A stretch of 64,000 nt of DNA, from assembly GCA_965205505.1 (NCBI GenBank), contig CBDBHB010000008.1, positions 480,001-544,000 of the forward strand. Direction: 5' to 3'. A model generated the notes under the pieces. That model did no database searches and was not told where the DNA came from. It saw only the letters and a program-made list of their open reading frames with translations. The position numbers were made by a program, and so were the translations under genes. Position 1 is the stretch's first letter; the number at the start of each line of letters is the position of its first letter. Source of the DNA: Acidobacteriota bacterium (GTDB lineage Bacteria; Acidobacteriota; UBA890; WLXD01). Below are positions 62,349 through 64,000 of the stretch, one piece after another.

Positions 62349-62520
62349 TCAATCTCTCGTTGCGGCGCCGAACTCTTGTTCCAGCTCGTAGAACAACGCG
62401 TCGCGCACGAGCACGACCGGCGAGAACCCGATGCGGTAGATACGGTCGTGAAAGTCCTTCAACGTTCCCCCCTGATCGAGCTCGCGCATCTCTTGGAAGT
62501 AGCCCTCGTCACGGAGAAGG
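62349..62520 (-). pseudogene. C-terminal fragment resembling the DUF885 family
   Basis: TLKDFHDRIYRIG.SPVVLVR. Confidence 0.45.
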
Positions 62521-62639
62521 CGGATCCCGAGGACGAAGCCGTCTACACGCTCGGGGTCAACACCAGCGGCCAGGTCGAGGAAGCCACGGTGCGGATCCTG
62601 TCGGCCTCGGGCACGGCCGGGCAACATCCGGGCAGCATC

Positions 62640-63148
62640 CGGTAGACTCTCCCGCATGGATTCACCGCACCACACCGGGCGCCGCGGCCGCGTTCAAGTG
62701 CTACCGGGATCTCGGGCCACGTCGAACGATCCGAGCCGCGGCACGTGCGGCCGGTCACGCACAGACGCCGGGTTCATGGAGCCGATGGGCGAAGCGTCAT
62801 GAATGGGCGCAGCGCGCGGCCGAGTGGGACGCTCGCGTTGATGATCGAACGCTCGACGGCTGCCGAGAATCCGCGCGGGCCCGTCGGCGAGATTGGGAGC
62901 CACTCGCGGCCGAGCTCGCGGCGGGCTGCCGAGCCGAACTCGCCGCGATGTCGAAGGGCGGCATGCGGATGACCGTCGGTGAGCTCTGCCGGCTGATCCG
63001 GGCCGGCGTTGCGATCGAAGCGATGCTCACGGGCGCGAAGGCGGCGCAAGATCGCTCCGGTGTGGATGCAGCTCAACGCTGGGCCGCAAAGCTCGAACGG
63101 ATCGCGCAACGGCAGCATGGCCTCCGATCCGACGGTGCGCTTCACTGA
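62640..63148 (+). CDS. Phage terminase-small-subunit-like HTH protein
   Basis: W......AAAAFKCYRDLGPRRTIRAAA.......WSRWAKRHEWAQRAAEWD. Confidence 0.5.
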
Positions 63149-63179
63149 GAACGCGGCCGACGTCGGAGCGGCTGGTGAG

Positions 63180-63305
63180 CTGTTTATGAAAAGGGGGATC
63201 CCGGAGCATATTGGCTCCGATAACGGCCCGGAGTTCACGGTCGAGGCCGTGCGTGACTGGCTATCACGGTGAGGAATCGGGACGCTGTTCGTCGAGCCGG
63301 TTCGA
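63180..63305 (+). mobile_element. Degenerate IS3 relic related to 1-494
   Basis: [30 protein letters not shown] followed by IGTLFVEPG. Confidence 0.75.
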
Positions 63306-63334
63306 ACAACCACCGGCACGCTACCTCCGCCGCT

Positions 63335-64000
63335 CTGGCGTCGAGGGCGATTCCACTGATTGCTGCGGCCGTTGGCCTCGCGCTGGTGACATGGGGGGGT
63401 ACCTCATGCTGCGCGGGCGGAGGCGCAGCAGGCACCTTCGGTGCCGCGGCTCTTGCGGCCCGATGCGGACGGCCGCCAGGTGCCGCTTGTGCCGGATTCC
63501 AACGTCACCCGTTCTCGTCGGGTTCGCGTAAGGACGCGGCTGCTCGGTGGCCTGTCGTTTTCTGAGCGCCGAGCACCGGATCCCGGAAGCACCGTCACGC
63601 TGAACCTCTTTGACGATGCCCGGTTCGTGGCGGTGCTCGAGTACGTCGAGCCGCTCGGGGACGGAGGCTACGCCTGGGCTGGCCACTTGGCGGATCGGCC
63701 CGACGCCAGCGTGATCCTCACTGTTCGAGACGGGCGCATACAAGCCAGCGTCAACGCCCTGCAGGACGGCTTCTACCTGCTCCGGGCAACACGTGATGGC
63801 GCCCAGCTCGTAGTGCAGATCGAAGGCGCGCCACCGCCCGACGCGGTGGAGATTTCCCCGAGCGACGGTGTTTCAGTTCAGCCGGACGACGATCGCACTA
63901 CGGGATCGGTTCAAAGAACCGCGCAGATTGACATGCTCGTCGTCTACACGCGGGCGGCGCAGCGAAGCGCTAGCAACATTCACGGCGTTATCGACCTGGC
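63335..64000 (+). CDS. Secreted reprolysin/M12-like metallopeptidase N-terminus (runs off the window), frameshifted at a G7 tract
   Basis: RSRRVRV...TVTLNLFDD...YAWAGHL...SVILTVRDG...IDMLVVYT; the signal peptide is in a different frame upstream of G7 at 63393-63399. Confidence 0.65.

Overview
GC-rich bacterial DNA, probably Acidobacteriota (inferred from the PadR + duplicated ABC-permease pair and many secreted peptidases, PQQ and VPS10 propellers). Most of the window is accessory catabolic and secreted-enzyme genes: a ceramidase-like protein, M14/M28/M24 peptidases, three SpdH-like Tat flavoproteins and two CocE/NonD hydrolases. A groES-groEL operon carries a CIRCE operator. Gene decay is heavy, with many internally deleted or frameshifted remnants. 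The right end (~54.9-64 kb) is an island-like mosaic: a tRNA-Leu(CAG) 3' half (att-like), an IS21 relic, an intact stand-alone UG/Abi-type reverse transcriptase with an AIDD catalytic motif, nested IS3 elements and a phage-like ORF. The most striking non-genic signal is three 270-271 bp CTAG-flanked elements. Each has an exactly 30-bp perfect terminal inverted repeat, and the three TIRs differ in sequence, yet all share one internal architecture: two opposed hairpin half-units with a conserved core motif around a central mini-hairpin. All annotations come from reading the sequence; no database searches were run.
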